DNA of 63,331 nucleotides, counting the filler, from Gonapodya sp. JEL0774 (lineage: Eukaryota), in NCBI GenBank assembly GCA_027604505.1. It is 43 parts of 43 records of this genome, joined end to end, with 100 filler letters (N's around TTAATTAATTAA, not from the genome) between each part and the next. Parts side by side here need not be neighbours in the genome. Positions count along the whole stretch, not along the records: positions 37,001 to 38,374 come from JADIIX010003254.1; positions 38,475 to 39,847 come from JADIIX010003255.1; positions 39,948 to 41,319 come from JADIIX010003256.1; positions 41,420 to 42,791 come from JADIIX010003257.1; positions 42,892 to 44,262 come from JADIIX010003258.1; positions 44,363 to 45,732 come from JADIIX010003259.1; positions 45,833 to 47,202 come from JADIIX010003260.1; positions 47,303 to 48,672 come from JADIIX010003261.1; 35 more parts are not named here. One strand, 5' to 3'. The notes under the pieces were generated by a model. It searched no databases and was not told the DNA's origin. It worked only from the letters and a program-made list of their open reading frames with translations. Every line of letters begins with the position of its first letter. The stretch's first letter is position 1. Positions 38,166 through 48,672 of the stretch are shown here, piece by piece. A program made the translations under genes and the position numbers.

Positions 38166-38474
38166 AATGGAACTTTTCCTCGTAATCTACTTCTACACTG
38201 CTGGGATGTTACTTGCTTGTAACAATAATAGGTTGTGAGCTTGTAGTGAGTATACGAATACGGGACTGGACTCCCGCTGACGCCGGCCGTAATCATCTTG
38301 TATGAAGAACAATATTTATTGAGGAATACACGTAGATCGGTTATCGTACACGCTGATCGCGGGAAACTAACGTGNNNNNNNNNNNNNNNNNNNNNNNNNN
38401 NNNNNNNNNNNNNNNNNNTTAATTAATTAANNNNNNNNNNNNNNNNNNNNNNNNNNNNNNNNNNNNNNNNNNNN

Positions 38475-39847
38475 AATGTTGTGTCTCAGTCTGCTCCAAA
38501 CGCATCACTGATCACACCACAAGCCAGTCGTCTCACTCATCCAATGCCCCCGGTTCCAAGCCTGTCATCCATCCCCGCTACCTCGTTTCCTCCTCCAAAC
38601 CCGTCAACCATCCTGCCGCCTGCTTCTGCTGTCACCACTCCAATACCACCTCCTCAACCCTATTCTGCTCACAATCTGACCCCTGTTCCCAGACCCCTTG
38701 GCACAAAAGCGGAACGCTTACTTTATGGCCCTGAAAATCCCTTTGAATCCCTTCTGCCATCCCGGGTCCCACTCCCCCAGAGCACCCGTCTGCAGCAGCA
38801 ACCGTCTCATGGCAGACCCAGCCACCCTCGCCGTTTGATTCCTCCAAATCCTCCAACACTTCACCGAGCTCAGCCATCTTCACACCTTCCACCACAGCAT
38901 TTGTCCACCATGCCCGCCCCAACTGGGGCGTCTTTTGCTTCCGCTCCTTCTGCCGCTGTGATGACAACCAATAGGCCAGTTCAGCCTGCCAACTTTGGCA
39001 CAGCAAGTCAATTGCCACGTCCAGCATCACCTCCACCACAGCCTTCCCCCCTGCCTGGCCCAGACCCTCCCACCACCGATTTGAGTGATTCTGAGGGAAA
39101 AGAGGAGATAGAGGCCGACACTCTTGTAGGCAATCCAGCAACGGCTGAAAAGGTCAAGGTACTTCGAAAGAGACTTGGCAATCGAGACTCACAAAACCTT
39201 GGCAAGAACCTTTGGCGGCTTCAGGTGCTCTGCTGCTATCTCGAAATGATCACCCCAGGGTCATGTGATAGAGTGGAGTTTTTGTCCAAGACAGCAGCGC
39301 AGGAACGAATTGTTGACTGTTTCTTTTGCGGTCACAACAGCGGAGTGCGACGCCTTCGGATTTGGGCTCGCTTATGGCTTTTAACTGGTCGTCTCCCCCC
39401 AATGCGAGCATCTCAGCTTGCTTCAACCAAGTCATTGCTTGATGATGAGAATATCCGCACTGCAGCGGATGCCTGGCTCCGGAAAGCTGATCGAGTTAAT
39501 GCCAAACAGTTCAAGGTGAGAGATTGGTGAATTCCATCTGTGTATTAAAATCTCTCTCACTATGCCATCATATTGACTTGTACCAGGTTTATGTGAACAA
39601 TGTTCTCCTCCCAAACTATGCCCTTGGTGGTTGTCGCACCATCAGGCTCCGTACAGTGCAGCGATGGCTCAAAAACCTTGGCTTCACCTACAGCAGAACA
39701 AGAAAAGGTTACTGTGATGGACATGAGCGTCCTGATGTGGTAGAGAGTCGGACAGAGTATTGCAAAACCATGCGTGGCTGGCGTGAGAAAATGTCACGAT
39801 GGGAGGTGGATCCATTGACTGGACTACACATGAAGGAGATAGACGGT
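38475..39847 (+). mobile_element. Putative DNA-transposon transposase (fungal IS630/Tc1-related 'DGHER' type), N-terminal part with one intron
   Basis: SLLDDENIR..A.AWLR, YVNNVLLP, IRLRTVQRWLKNLGFTY....KGY.DGHERPDVVE.R. Intron at about 39516-39586. Confidence 0.75.
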
Positions 39848-39957
39848 NNNNNNNNNNNNNNNNNNNNNNNNNNNNNNNNNNNNNNNNNNNNTTAATTAAT
39901 TAANNNNNNNNNNNNNNNNNNNNNNNNNNNNNNNNNNNNNNNNNNNNTGAAGAAAAG

Positions 39958-41283
39958 ATGACCACACTCTGTAGTCCAGGCATTTTGTTATCATGGCACT
40001 ATGGTGGATGGATGCGATCGCCTGCACTGTTGTGGTGCCGAGTGAACATTCCAAGCAAAATTCAATTCATTGAGCAAACTACTCTCCAGTGCGCCGGGTT
40101 TACGCAACCTCAGAATACAATGGACCTCCTTCATCATGTACTTGCAGGAGCATCAGCAACATTCCTCGTGTCCAAAATAAGACAACGGTATCACAACAAT
40201 CGACCGGGAGGCCTTCGACATGAGCGGGGTCCATTCTTATGTCTTGAAATCGGATGCGGCTCGGGACTCATTGCGGAAAAGCTGGCACTAAGCGGTGCAG
40301 TTCCTACAATCGAGGGGAAGAGGCCTTCAATCATTTTCGGACTTGACGCTGACAGTGAGAAGATCGAACAGTTTCGGAAGCGGAGCGAAAGCATAGAAAG
40401 AGAAAAACGTGATTCTCTGTGGATTGAAGTGAGTAAATGGAACGATGATGGTGCATGACAGCACTGGAATGTGCTGCGAGAATTGCTTCCCCAGACTTTT
40501 GTCGTCGTTTTGCATGCAGATCGGTCAGGGACTGAGTGCATCTGGTAGTCTTCGCTCTGGAAAGCCTCGTTGCATGAGGTGCGAGCGGCTGCACGAGAAG
40601 CGTATGTACCTCACCCGCCCGCCGTCGAGGTTGACGTTCGCGTGATTCGCATCACAGGGACGACTCGTTCCTGTCCTGTTCTATCTGGACGCCTCTATTA
40701 CGATACAATCCATTTCTGCCGAGATTCGTTCAGCATATCTGGATAACGTGGGAGCTGAGAGCACCGGAGTCGGGGACCCCCTGAAATTTGACATTATCTA
40801 TTCCCTCCTCACCTTCCATCACCTTCCTGACCTCGGTACTCTTATTTCATATTTTGCGAGGCTACTGCGACCATCTACGCAAGATAGCTCCGGTGGCATC
40901 CTAGTTGTGCTCGATTATGAGAAGACAGCTCATTCAGGAAACTTTCACTGGGTACCCGCGCTGCTGGGAACAAAAGTAGCAGAGGACGGGACTATCGAAG
41001 TGCACGTTGATGCGGAGCCAAAAGTTCCATACCCGGAAGGGTTCTCGAAAATTGAAATGACGGTATGGAACTTGTGGGTTTTGTTAGATTGTGAAGAATT
41101 TTGCCTCCTGATTGTTCCCCTTTCGGATCTTTCTATCACGTGAGTAAGTCCTTATTGTCTCCCTTCTTCAGCTCGGTGTATTTTCAGCATGTTACCGAGT
41201 TCATAAAATTGGACGAAGATGGACATGAGCGTTCGTATAATCTCGTTGCATGGGTAGCAGAGTCTAAAACCACGGACATCTAG
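39958..41283 (+). CDS. Class I SAM-dependent small-molecule methyltransferase, multi-exon
   Basis: CLEIGCGSGLIAEKLA, IFGLDAD, FDIIYSLLTFHHLPD, LLRP...GGILVVLDY. Confidence 0.85.
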
Positions 41284-41419
41284 CTTGTATTTAAGTATCA
41301 CGTTGTACCTTCCCCTGGCNNNNNNNNNNNNNNNNNNNNNNNNNNNNNNNNNNNNNNNNNNNNTTAATTAATTAANNNNNNNNNNNNNNNNNNNNNNNNN
41401 NNNNNNNNNNNNNNNNNNN

Positions 41420-42791
41420 ATCTGTAGAAACACATTCTTCCATCCTCAATGAGCAAATTTTGGCCTCAGAGTGCTTGGATTCATGGAGAATTCAGCTGGC
41501 ATGCACATGTTGAATCTTGGCAAGCCTCCTCATTTGGGCAAGCAGTCACTGGGAACAAGAACAGCAAGTATGTTCTTGTGGGTGACCAAACTCCTCCCAT
41601 ACATATGCATAAGTAGAGTGCAACGTCAAATTGTGGTTGGTTCAAGTCTGTTATGAAACACATTCACCCTGAAACCCTACACCCAGCGCAACAAAATTTG
41701 CAAAACAAACTTCACTATCTTACACAGATTTAATCAGCCATCTGTATCACCACATTTCTCTAGTCTCCATGAGCAAGGTTTGGCCTGAGAGTGCTTGCGT
41801 TAATGGAGAATTCGGCTGGCATGCACATGTTGAAAGGAGGCAAGCCACATCATTTGGGCAAGCAGTCACTGGGAACAAGAACAGCAAGTACGTTGTTATG
41901 GGTGACAAAAGTCCTCCCATAGATATGTATAAGTAGAGTACAACGTCAAATTGTTGCTTGTTCCATCCTGTCATGAAACCCATACACCCTGAAACACTAC
42001 GCCCAGTGTTACAGATTCTTCAAAACCAACTGCACCATCTTACAAAGAATCAATCAGCCATCTGTAGAAACACATTCTTCCATCCTCAATGAGCAAATTT
42101 TGGCCTCAGAGTGCTTGGATTCATGGAGAATTCAGCTGGCATGCACATGTTGAATCTTGGCAAGCCTCCTCATTTGGGCAAGCAGTCACTGGGAACAAGA
42201 ACAGCAAGTATGTTCTTGTGGGTGACCAAACTCCTCCCATACATATGCATAAGTAGAGTGCAACGTCAAATTGTGGTTGGTTCAAGTCTGTTATGAAACA
42301 CATTCACCCTGAAACCCTACACCCAGCGCAACAAAATTTGCAAAACAAACTTCACTATCTTACACAGATTTAATCAGCCATCTGTATCACCACATTTCTC
42401 TAGTCTCCATGAGCAAGGTTTGGCCTGAGAGTGCTTGCGTTAATGGAGAATTCGGCTGGCATGCACATGTTGAAAGGAGGCAAGCCACATCATTTGGGCA
42501 AGCAGTCACTGGGAACAAGAACAGCAAGTACGTTGTTATGGGTGACAAAAGTCCTCCCATAGATATGTATAAGTAGAGTACAACGTCAAATTGTTGCTTG
42601 TTCCATCCTGTCATGAAACCCATACACCCTGAAACACTACGCCCAGTGTTACAGATTCTTCAAAACCAACTGCACCATCTTACAAAGAATCAATCAGCCA
42701 TCTGTAGAAACACATTCTTCCATCCTCAATGAGCAAATTTTGGCCTCAGAGTGCTTGGATTCATGGAGAATTCAGCTGGCATGCACATGTT
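41420..42791. repeat. Tandem satellite: 320-bp monomers A and B alternating as a 640-bp higher-order unit (A-B-A-B-partial A)
   Basis: A at 41421/42061/42701 and B at 41741/42381. A copies look identical to each other, as do B copies. A vs B about 83% identical with no indels (about 54 differences by hand count). Confidence 0.97.
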
Positions 42792-42891
42792 NNNNNNNNN
42801 NNNNNNNNNNNNNNNNNNNNNNNNNNNNNNNNNNNTTAATTAATTAANNNNNNNNNNNNNNNNNNNNNNNNNNNNNNNNNNNNNNNNNNNN

Positions 42892-43676
42892 TCCCTCCAA
42901 AGGAATGGATGATGCTTTGAGATTGGCGGTGGGTTTTGTGTTTCATCATTCATCATAGAACTTACTCCTATCTTCATTTTATAAGGGGACTCTGACATGC
43001 AAGTGTCCATAACTACTGCAGCCTACGTCATCCACCAGCTTACCAAAAAGGAAGAGCTCATCATTAACCTCGGTTGTGGAGCGGCAGGATTTGGAGTTGC
43101 TGTTGATGTAACCACTGGGCCAAGTGCAAAACCTGTACAGAGGCAGAGTGCTGGATTCTCATATAATCTCAACAGTTGCTGCCCTTTTGACCAATCGCAA
43201 GTACATTGGGATTGAATCTGTCACTGATGTAGCTGGATCTGCTTTGAAGCGCCTTACGCCGCTTCATCAAACATTTGTTGAAGAGAAGGGGGCTCTTGCT
43301 CCTAAGTAGGCTTATAACAGTTTCATCCTAAGCACTATTTGTACACCTTGCCATTTAATTTGCACTTTATAGGTACATTGAATACACTACCTTGAAGTCC
43401 ACAGATGTGTGGACAGGTAAAGAAAACATTCTCCCTCCACGCCTCAAGTTGAGACTGCCCACACCTCGTCAGTCGGCAACTCCACTCAAGACTGGTGTCA
43501 TCGAGACTCGTTCTGCAAAACGCCCACGAGACAAGGGTGACACTGAGGAGAATGTAGATGAGGGAGCTTCAGACCGCAAGGGGAAGAGAGTAGCACATAG
43601 GTCTTCCCGCCTAACCCCTAGAACTCGACGCTTCATTGAGAAATACTACGTTGATGTCCAGGCAAAGGATGAGTGA
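42892..43676 (+). pseudogene. Beta-class-like DNA amino-methyltransferase (N6_N4_Mtase C-terminal SAM-binding region) with introns, disrupted by a 74-bp insertion
   Basis: After removing 43101-43179 the frame reads MQVSITTAAYVIHQLTKKEELIINLGCGAAGFGVAALLTNRKYIGIESVTDVAGSALKRL. Intron 43306-43372 joins in frame to a basic tail ending at 43676. Probable intron at 42929-42985. Confidence 0.72.
43101..43174. mobile_element. 74-bp miniature solo-LTR-like insertion with TGTTGA...TCAACA ends and GTTGC target-site duplication
   Basis: GTTGC at 43096-43100 and 43175-43179; 6-bp terminal inverted repeat; excision restores the reading frame. Confidence 0.88.
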
Positions 43677-44038
43677 AGCAAATGTAGATGTAGGATTATC
43701 AATACATATTCAAACACCATCTTTCACAAACCATCGAGGGCAAAAGATAAGAGGGAGAAGCTCATGTTGGATCTATAATGTACGTACAGATATGTAAGGA
43801 AACATGAAATAAGAGGGCTGTCCAGATAAGAAATACTTAAGGGGCAAACAAAAATAAGTCAAGACAGAATATTCTCGGGCAGGGTTAAAACAGGATATGG
43901 GGGAGGGGGGGAGAAATTTTTGTGAAACAGGTTTTGCCACCATCCTCAACAGGTTATGAGCCCGTACTGCTGACGGAGAGGTCACATGTTCGAACCCCAG
44001 TGGGAGGAAATTTTCCAAAGTGGTGGCATGCCAAACTA

Positions 44039-44262
44039 TGTTGAGATACAGGTGTTTTGACATTTTGGATGGCTCTAGCGCAACAGGGAGTGGGAATTCT
44101 GGGATAGTTAATGGAGCAAAATTTCTTGCCGTAAAATTCTCTACAAGTTTGTCTTTTTCAGTTTTGTTGTAGTTGTTAGAAGTCCCAGCGTAAGCGACTG
44201 GATCACTTGGATTATGCACAGGCACAATCTTTGGACACCAACTCCATTGGGAGCACATCACC
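44039..44262 (+). repeat. Second copy of the TGTTGAGATA-starting dispersed repeat
   Basis: 44039-44114 aligns ungapped with 29446-29521. The right end is not determined. Confidence 0.7.
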
Positions 44263-44362
44263 NNNNNNNNNNNNNNNNNNNNNNNNNNNNNNNNNNNNNN
44301 NNNNNNTTAATTAATTAANNNNNNNNNNNNNNNNNNNNNNNNNNNNNNNNNNNNNNNNNNNN

Positions 44363-45165
44363 GGATGGTGGGGATGAGAGGGCCTGTGTTTTGTGGATGA
44401 CAGGCGGAGCGAAGGCAGACAACGGGGGCACAAATGGAAGTGTTCGGGTTATATGGAGGAGCTTCCATGACGGGGATAACAATGAGTGCGGTGGAATGTT
44501 CAGCTCTTCATCTCTTATGAACTCACGCCCGCTTGTCCAGCCATGAACCCCGGATACGGCTCCCACCCCGCGCTTCCCGGAGTGAGTACTGAGGAGTCAA
44601 GAACGTTGACAACAATACCGGCGATTGCAGCAGCCTCGATGTTATCGCCCGGTCCTCTGATTAATGGTTGAGTCCGGGAACTTCTGTTCCCCGTTGTTGC
44701 TCCCACTTCTCGCGATCGGATAATCCTTTCCACAGCCATCTGAGTAGTAGCAAGTGGTACGGTGAGGCTTGTATCCACAGCGGCCCTAATGATGGTGGGA
44801 TTCGTCAAGGAGGATGCCAGAGATGACTCTCCCGCGTATAGAGGAGAGACAGCGCCGGGGAATGATAGATTGATGATGACCTGGAAAGCATCTAAGCTAA
44901 CCGTTCGATCCTTGCAATGAAGGTGAGATCTCACATTCACACCGCCGGCAGCATCGATGTTGGTGAACAGTTCAATCACATGTCCGATGTTACCGTCCAG
45001 AACAAGCTGCGTGATGATATGAGCGTTTGGGAAGCTGTTGATTTCATTCTTTGGAAGCGCTCTGAAGAGTGAAGAATCAGACGGCTGATTCCTTACCGCC
45101 TTCGTAATACCGCACTTGTCCGCTCCAAATCGAAGCGATCCGGATCGGTGAGGACGAGCTCCCAA
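44363..45165 (-). CDS. Hypothetical protein, possibly a very divergent GMC-oxidoreductase C-terminal region
   Basis: 216-aa ORF; PLYAGESSLASSLTNPTI and VNVLDSSVL weakly recall GMC_oxred_C motifs. Confidence 0.3.
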
Positions 45166-46065
45166 CCTCGCGATGCGAAAGCGGAAGCGATCTCGGTTCC
45201 GAGCTCGGACGAAGCATGAGATACAAGTGCGCGAACCCGTCGTTCCATGGCTGTGAGTACTTTACGGTTTGGCTTTCAGCTTATCCAGCTGTGGTGCATG
45301 AAGTTGCGGTGAGTACTCTCTTGACCAAGCGCTTAATTTATCGGTTTTCTGTGTCCAATTGGTCAATGATGTGGAGTGGAGGGAACGTCTAGGTCAATAT
45401 GCCTGAGCAACCTGTTCCCATGAATCATTTCATGGGAACCAGTATCGCGAGTACTACCAAGCAATACGTGAACACCGGTAGATTCGATTCCCGGAGTGCG
45501 AAGGCGAAAGTTCGAAGTTGAAACACTCGCCCCTCGTTCTCGGATAGTAGTAGAGCTCCGTTTAAGATATCGTTTGCAAATATTGTCCTCTCTTTTTTTG
45601 CACGAGTGTTCCGAGGCAGACTCGGCTGTTTGGTTTATTCCATGTCGGAGGTTCCGTCGGCGAAAGGGCAGATAACCGAACCGCGCTAAAACTCTTCCGC
45701 GGTTCTTGTTTCTCCAACCAGCTCATTCAACTNNNNNNNNNNNNNNNNNNNNNNNNNNNNNNNNNNNNNNNNNNNNTTAATTAATTAANNNNNNNNNNNN
45801 NNNNNNNNNNNNNNNNNNNNNNNNNNNNNNNNCAGACCTTGCGGTGAGTGCCCCTTCCCAGGCTTCGAAATTCGCCATTTCATTTTCACAGTTTGTTCAC
45901 TCGTTCGGCGACTTCGAGCTCCAGTTCCACTAGTACATACTCGCCAGAAGCGCTTTCCCTCGGTGCGGCTGCCGCTTCATTGCCTCGGGTTCCTCCACCC
46001 GCCCCTTTGATCCACCGAAAGGCTAAACTCTCTCCGTCCCCACCGCCATTCCCAGATTCCTTATT

Positions 46066-47202
46066 ATGACACGATTGCTACTCATTGCGGCGACAGTGCT
46101 TCTCGCAGCTGGTTCTGCTTTTGGCCAGGGCGCTTTCTCATATGGTGAGATCACTCTGACAGCCCACTTTCATGCCAGGCCAACATGGGGCGACAGCTGG
46201 AATCAGGAGACATTAGATGGAAACGTCTTTCTCAGTCAATTGTGAAATCGCTCTGCTTTCAAGGACTTGCCGCTATCAGGCTCCCCGAATTCATATACCA
46301 GCGAAGGTCTTCACTTTCTCTTGCGATCTGTTTTGAACCTAAACCGTGCGCCATTCCCTCACAGACAACCCTACCTACTTCCCCAACGCCTGCAAAACGT
46401 ATGTGCTATCGTGCTATCGCAACTGTTTCTTACAAGCCTCACTCCTTCACTTGAATTGACTCCACTCTAGCGCTGGACAGATCGCTGTCATCTATTCCGA
46501 CGGTCCTTCGTGAGTAACGACCTCCATTCTTTGAAACATACGCTACCGTGACGTTTTGAGTTAAACTGTGGCTTTTCTCACCCCTCTGTAATCTGGTCTT
46601 TCCGCGGTTCACCTTGACGTTGATGAACATTTACCTGCCGAATCACTTTCAACAGTAAATTCACGTCCCTGATTTACAACAACCTGGTCAATGCAAGTGT
46701 TCCGGCCAAGAGCTTGAACTTCTTTGCCGTGACCACGTACCTCAAAGATGTGAGTCAAGAAATCCTGTAATATTGTTAGGACTTGCGAGGAACCAAATAC
46801 CAACATAATACCCTGCGCTACAGGTCACCAGCAACGTTCCTCTCACCCAAGTTGCCAATGGTGGCTCGTTTATCGGCATGCGTGAGTGTTTGAGACAACC
46901 AATAGTCAAGCAAACAAACGACGCCATCTGACACGAATTCGCACCGTCTTTGACACCATGTTGGTCGCTGCTTCCAGGATGGACCACGACCAAAACCCTC
47001 AACAAGTTGAGCGCGACTGAAATCGCTGCCCAGCTCGAGTCGGACTGCAATGCACTTATTCCTTACACGAAGAAGGCTCCCAAATGTGAGTGGAATTCAC
47101 GGTCCGCTTGAGATTCTCATGCGTCTCTCACACCATTCGGACACCACAATCGGCATCTGTCCACTCCTCGTCCGATTCAGACATTTTCCTGCCCCGCGAT
47201 CA
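46066..47202 (+). CDS. Secreted polysaccharide/chitin deacetylase-like (CE4, NodB) protein with degenerate active-site motifs, many short exons
   Basis: Signal peptide MTRLLLIAATVLLAAGSAFG; CK..GQIAVIYSDGPS; LVNASVPA; VANGGSFIGM; LNKLSATEIAAQLE..CNAL....KKAPK. Confidence 0.7.
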
Positions 47203-47330
47203 NNNNNNNNNNNNNNNNNNNNNNNNNNNNNNNNNNNNNNNNNNNNTTAATTAATTAANNNNNNNNNNNNNNNNNNNNNNNNNNNNNNNNNNNNNNNNNN
47301 NNTCCCCTCATATATTGCGACTCATCACAC

Positions 47331-47512
47331 AGGGTACCAAACAACTACAGCTTCTGGAGGAGAATCTCAAAGCTGCATCCATCAAACTCTCCTCTCAGGA
47401 CTTGGCGGCTCTGGATGTAGTGGTGCGACAGGGGGCGGCGGTGGGAGCGAGGTATCCGGAATTCGCTATGCACTTACTTCAAGACCTCACGGTGGATGAA
47501 AAGCTGAATTAG
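47331..47512 (+). CDS. Aldo/keto reductase, last exon
   Basis: GTKQLQLLEENLKAASIKLSSQDLAALD....VGARYPE. Confidence 0.85.
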
Positions 47513-47758
47513 ACAAACCTATGTAGTTTCACTTAAGTCGCGATCCTCAAAAATTGAATATCCCTTTCCCTCGGCGAGAGATCACTGGAGTACACAAAAT
47601 ATCTACGAGTTTCTTTCATCGATTTCATTTATATACTTTGTGGACTTGATGGTTATATTCTGATGACGTGGGATTCGATGGCACCTTCTTTGACTCAAAG
47701 CCGAGGCGGACCCTTTTTGAACAAAACCCATTCGCCCCTTACTAGAAACAACTTCAAA

Positions 47759-48672
47759 ATGGCATCTCCAGCCAGTTCCCGTATTACACTGCGTGTCGCA
47801 AGCCTCCTGCGCTCTTCTGGTCGGATTTCTACCCCAGGCAAGGCCAAATCGCCTTCCCTCCCCGTTCGTGGATTTTCGGCTGGACGACCCGCCGCAAGTC
47901 CACGATGGAGTGTAGCGGGACTGATGGCACTCGCAGTAGGCGCGGCAGGATACCAGGTTGCGGTGGGTTGGAGTCCTAATTGAAGTTACTCCTTGAACAT
48001 CCAGCCCGGTGACGGAACTCAAAGAGACGTTGCCGATTCCTACACGAGTAGACACTTTCCAACCCCGAAAGTGGTATCATTGAAGCGAAAGCCGCAGCTC
48101 CATCTGGAAATGGACCCGCGATTGAGAGCAAGGCGATTGGCGATTTCAAGGTGAAGATGTCAACGATTTTAATCCCCAAGGGCAGGACCGCTCACCTAAT
48201 CTGTCTCCCACTCGATTTCGCCCCTTATTACCACCATTTTCATGTGATACCGTTCACAATACTCTCGCCGCTGCAGCCACCCCCCCGCCTTCACCCCGAC
48301 GACACCTCTCTCCCCGCCCGCACCCGCATGTCCAACCTCGTTTACTCCTTCCAAAACCACATTGTGAAAGGACTCGAGCACGCCGAAGGTCCTCAGGGTG
48401 CTCGTTTTTTCCATGACAAATGGGAACGCGAAGCCGGTGGAGGCGGCGGGACGAGCTGCGTGCTGCAGGACGGCAAAGTGTTTGAGAAAGCAGGTGTTCT
48501 TGTCAGTGTAGTCGAGGGTCCGCTACCAAAAGCAGCAGAATCCCAGATGCGGAGTCGTGGAAGAGAGTTTGGCAAGGCTGGGGACGCCTTGCGGTTTTTC
48601 GCCGCCGGATTGAGCTGTGTGATTCATCCGAAAAACCCACACGCCCCCACCGCACACTTGAATTGTAGGTTC
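47759..48672 (+). CDS. HEM13: Oxygen-dependent coproporphyrinogen III oxidase, 5' part
   Basis: FFHDKWERE.GGGGTSCVLQDGKVFEKAGV.VSVV.G.L, FFAAGLSCVIHPKNPHAPTAHLN; Arg/Ser-rich leader followed by a hydrophobic segment. Confidence 0.95.

Noticed and set aside
41565..41616. YVLVGDQTPP resembling SF1 helicase motif III in the satellite
   Set aside because: The conserved Q spacing is wrong, no other helicase motifs are present, and a stop follows within a few codons.
41420..42791. CRISPR array or repeat-protein gene
   Set aside because: No unique spacers; the 320-bp unit is not a multiple of 3 and every frame has stops.
43773..44261. 162-aa minus-strand ORF as a real gene
   Set aside because: No recognisable domain; it spans the inferred repeat boundary at 44039, and differences from the 29446 copy are mostly non-synonymous. 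Not fully excluded.
39958..44262. Apparent cluster of methyltransferase + satellite + DNA methyltransferase
   Set aside because: These are three separate contigs placed together only by length sorting.
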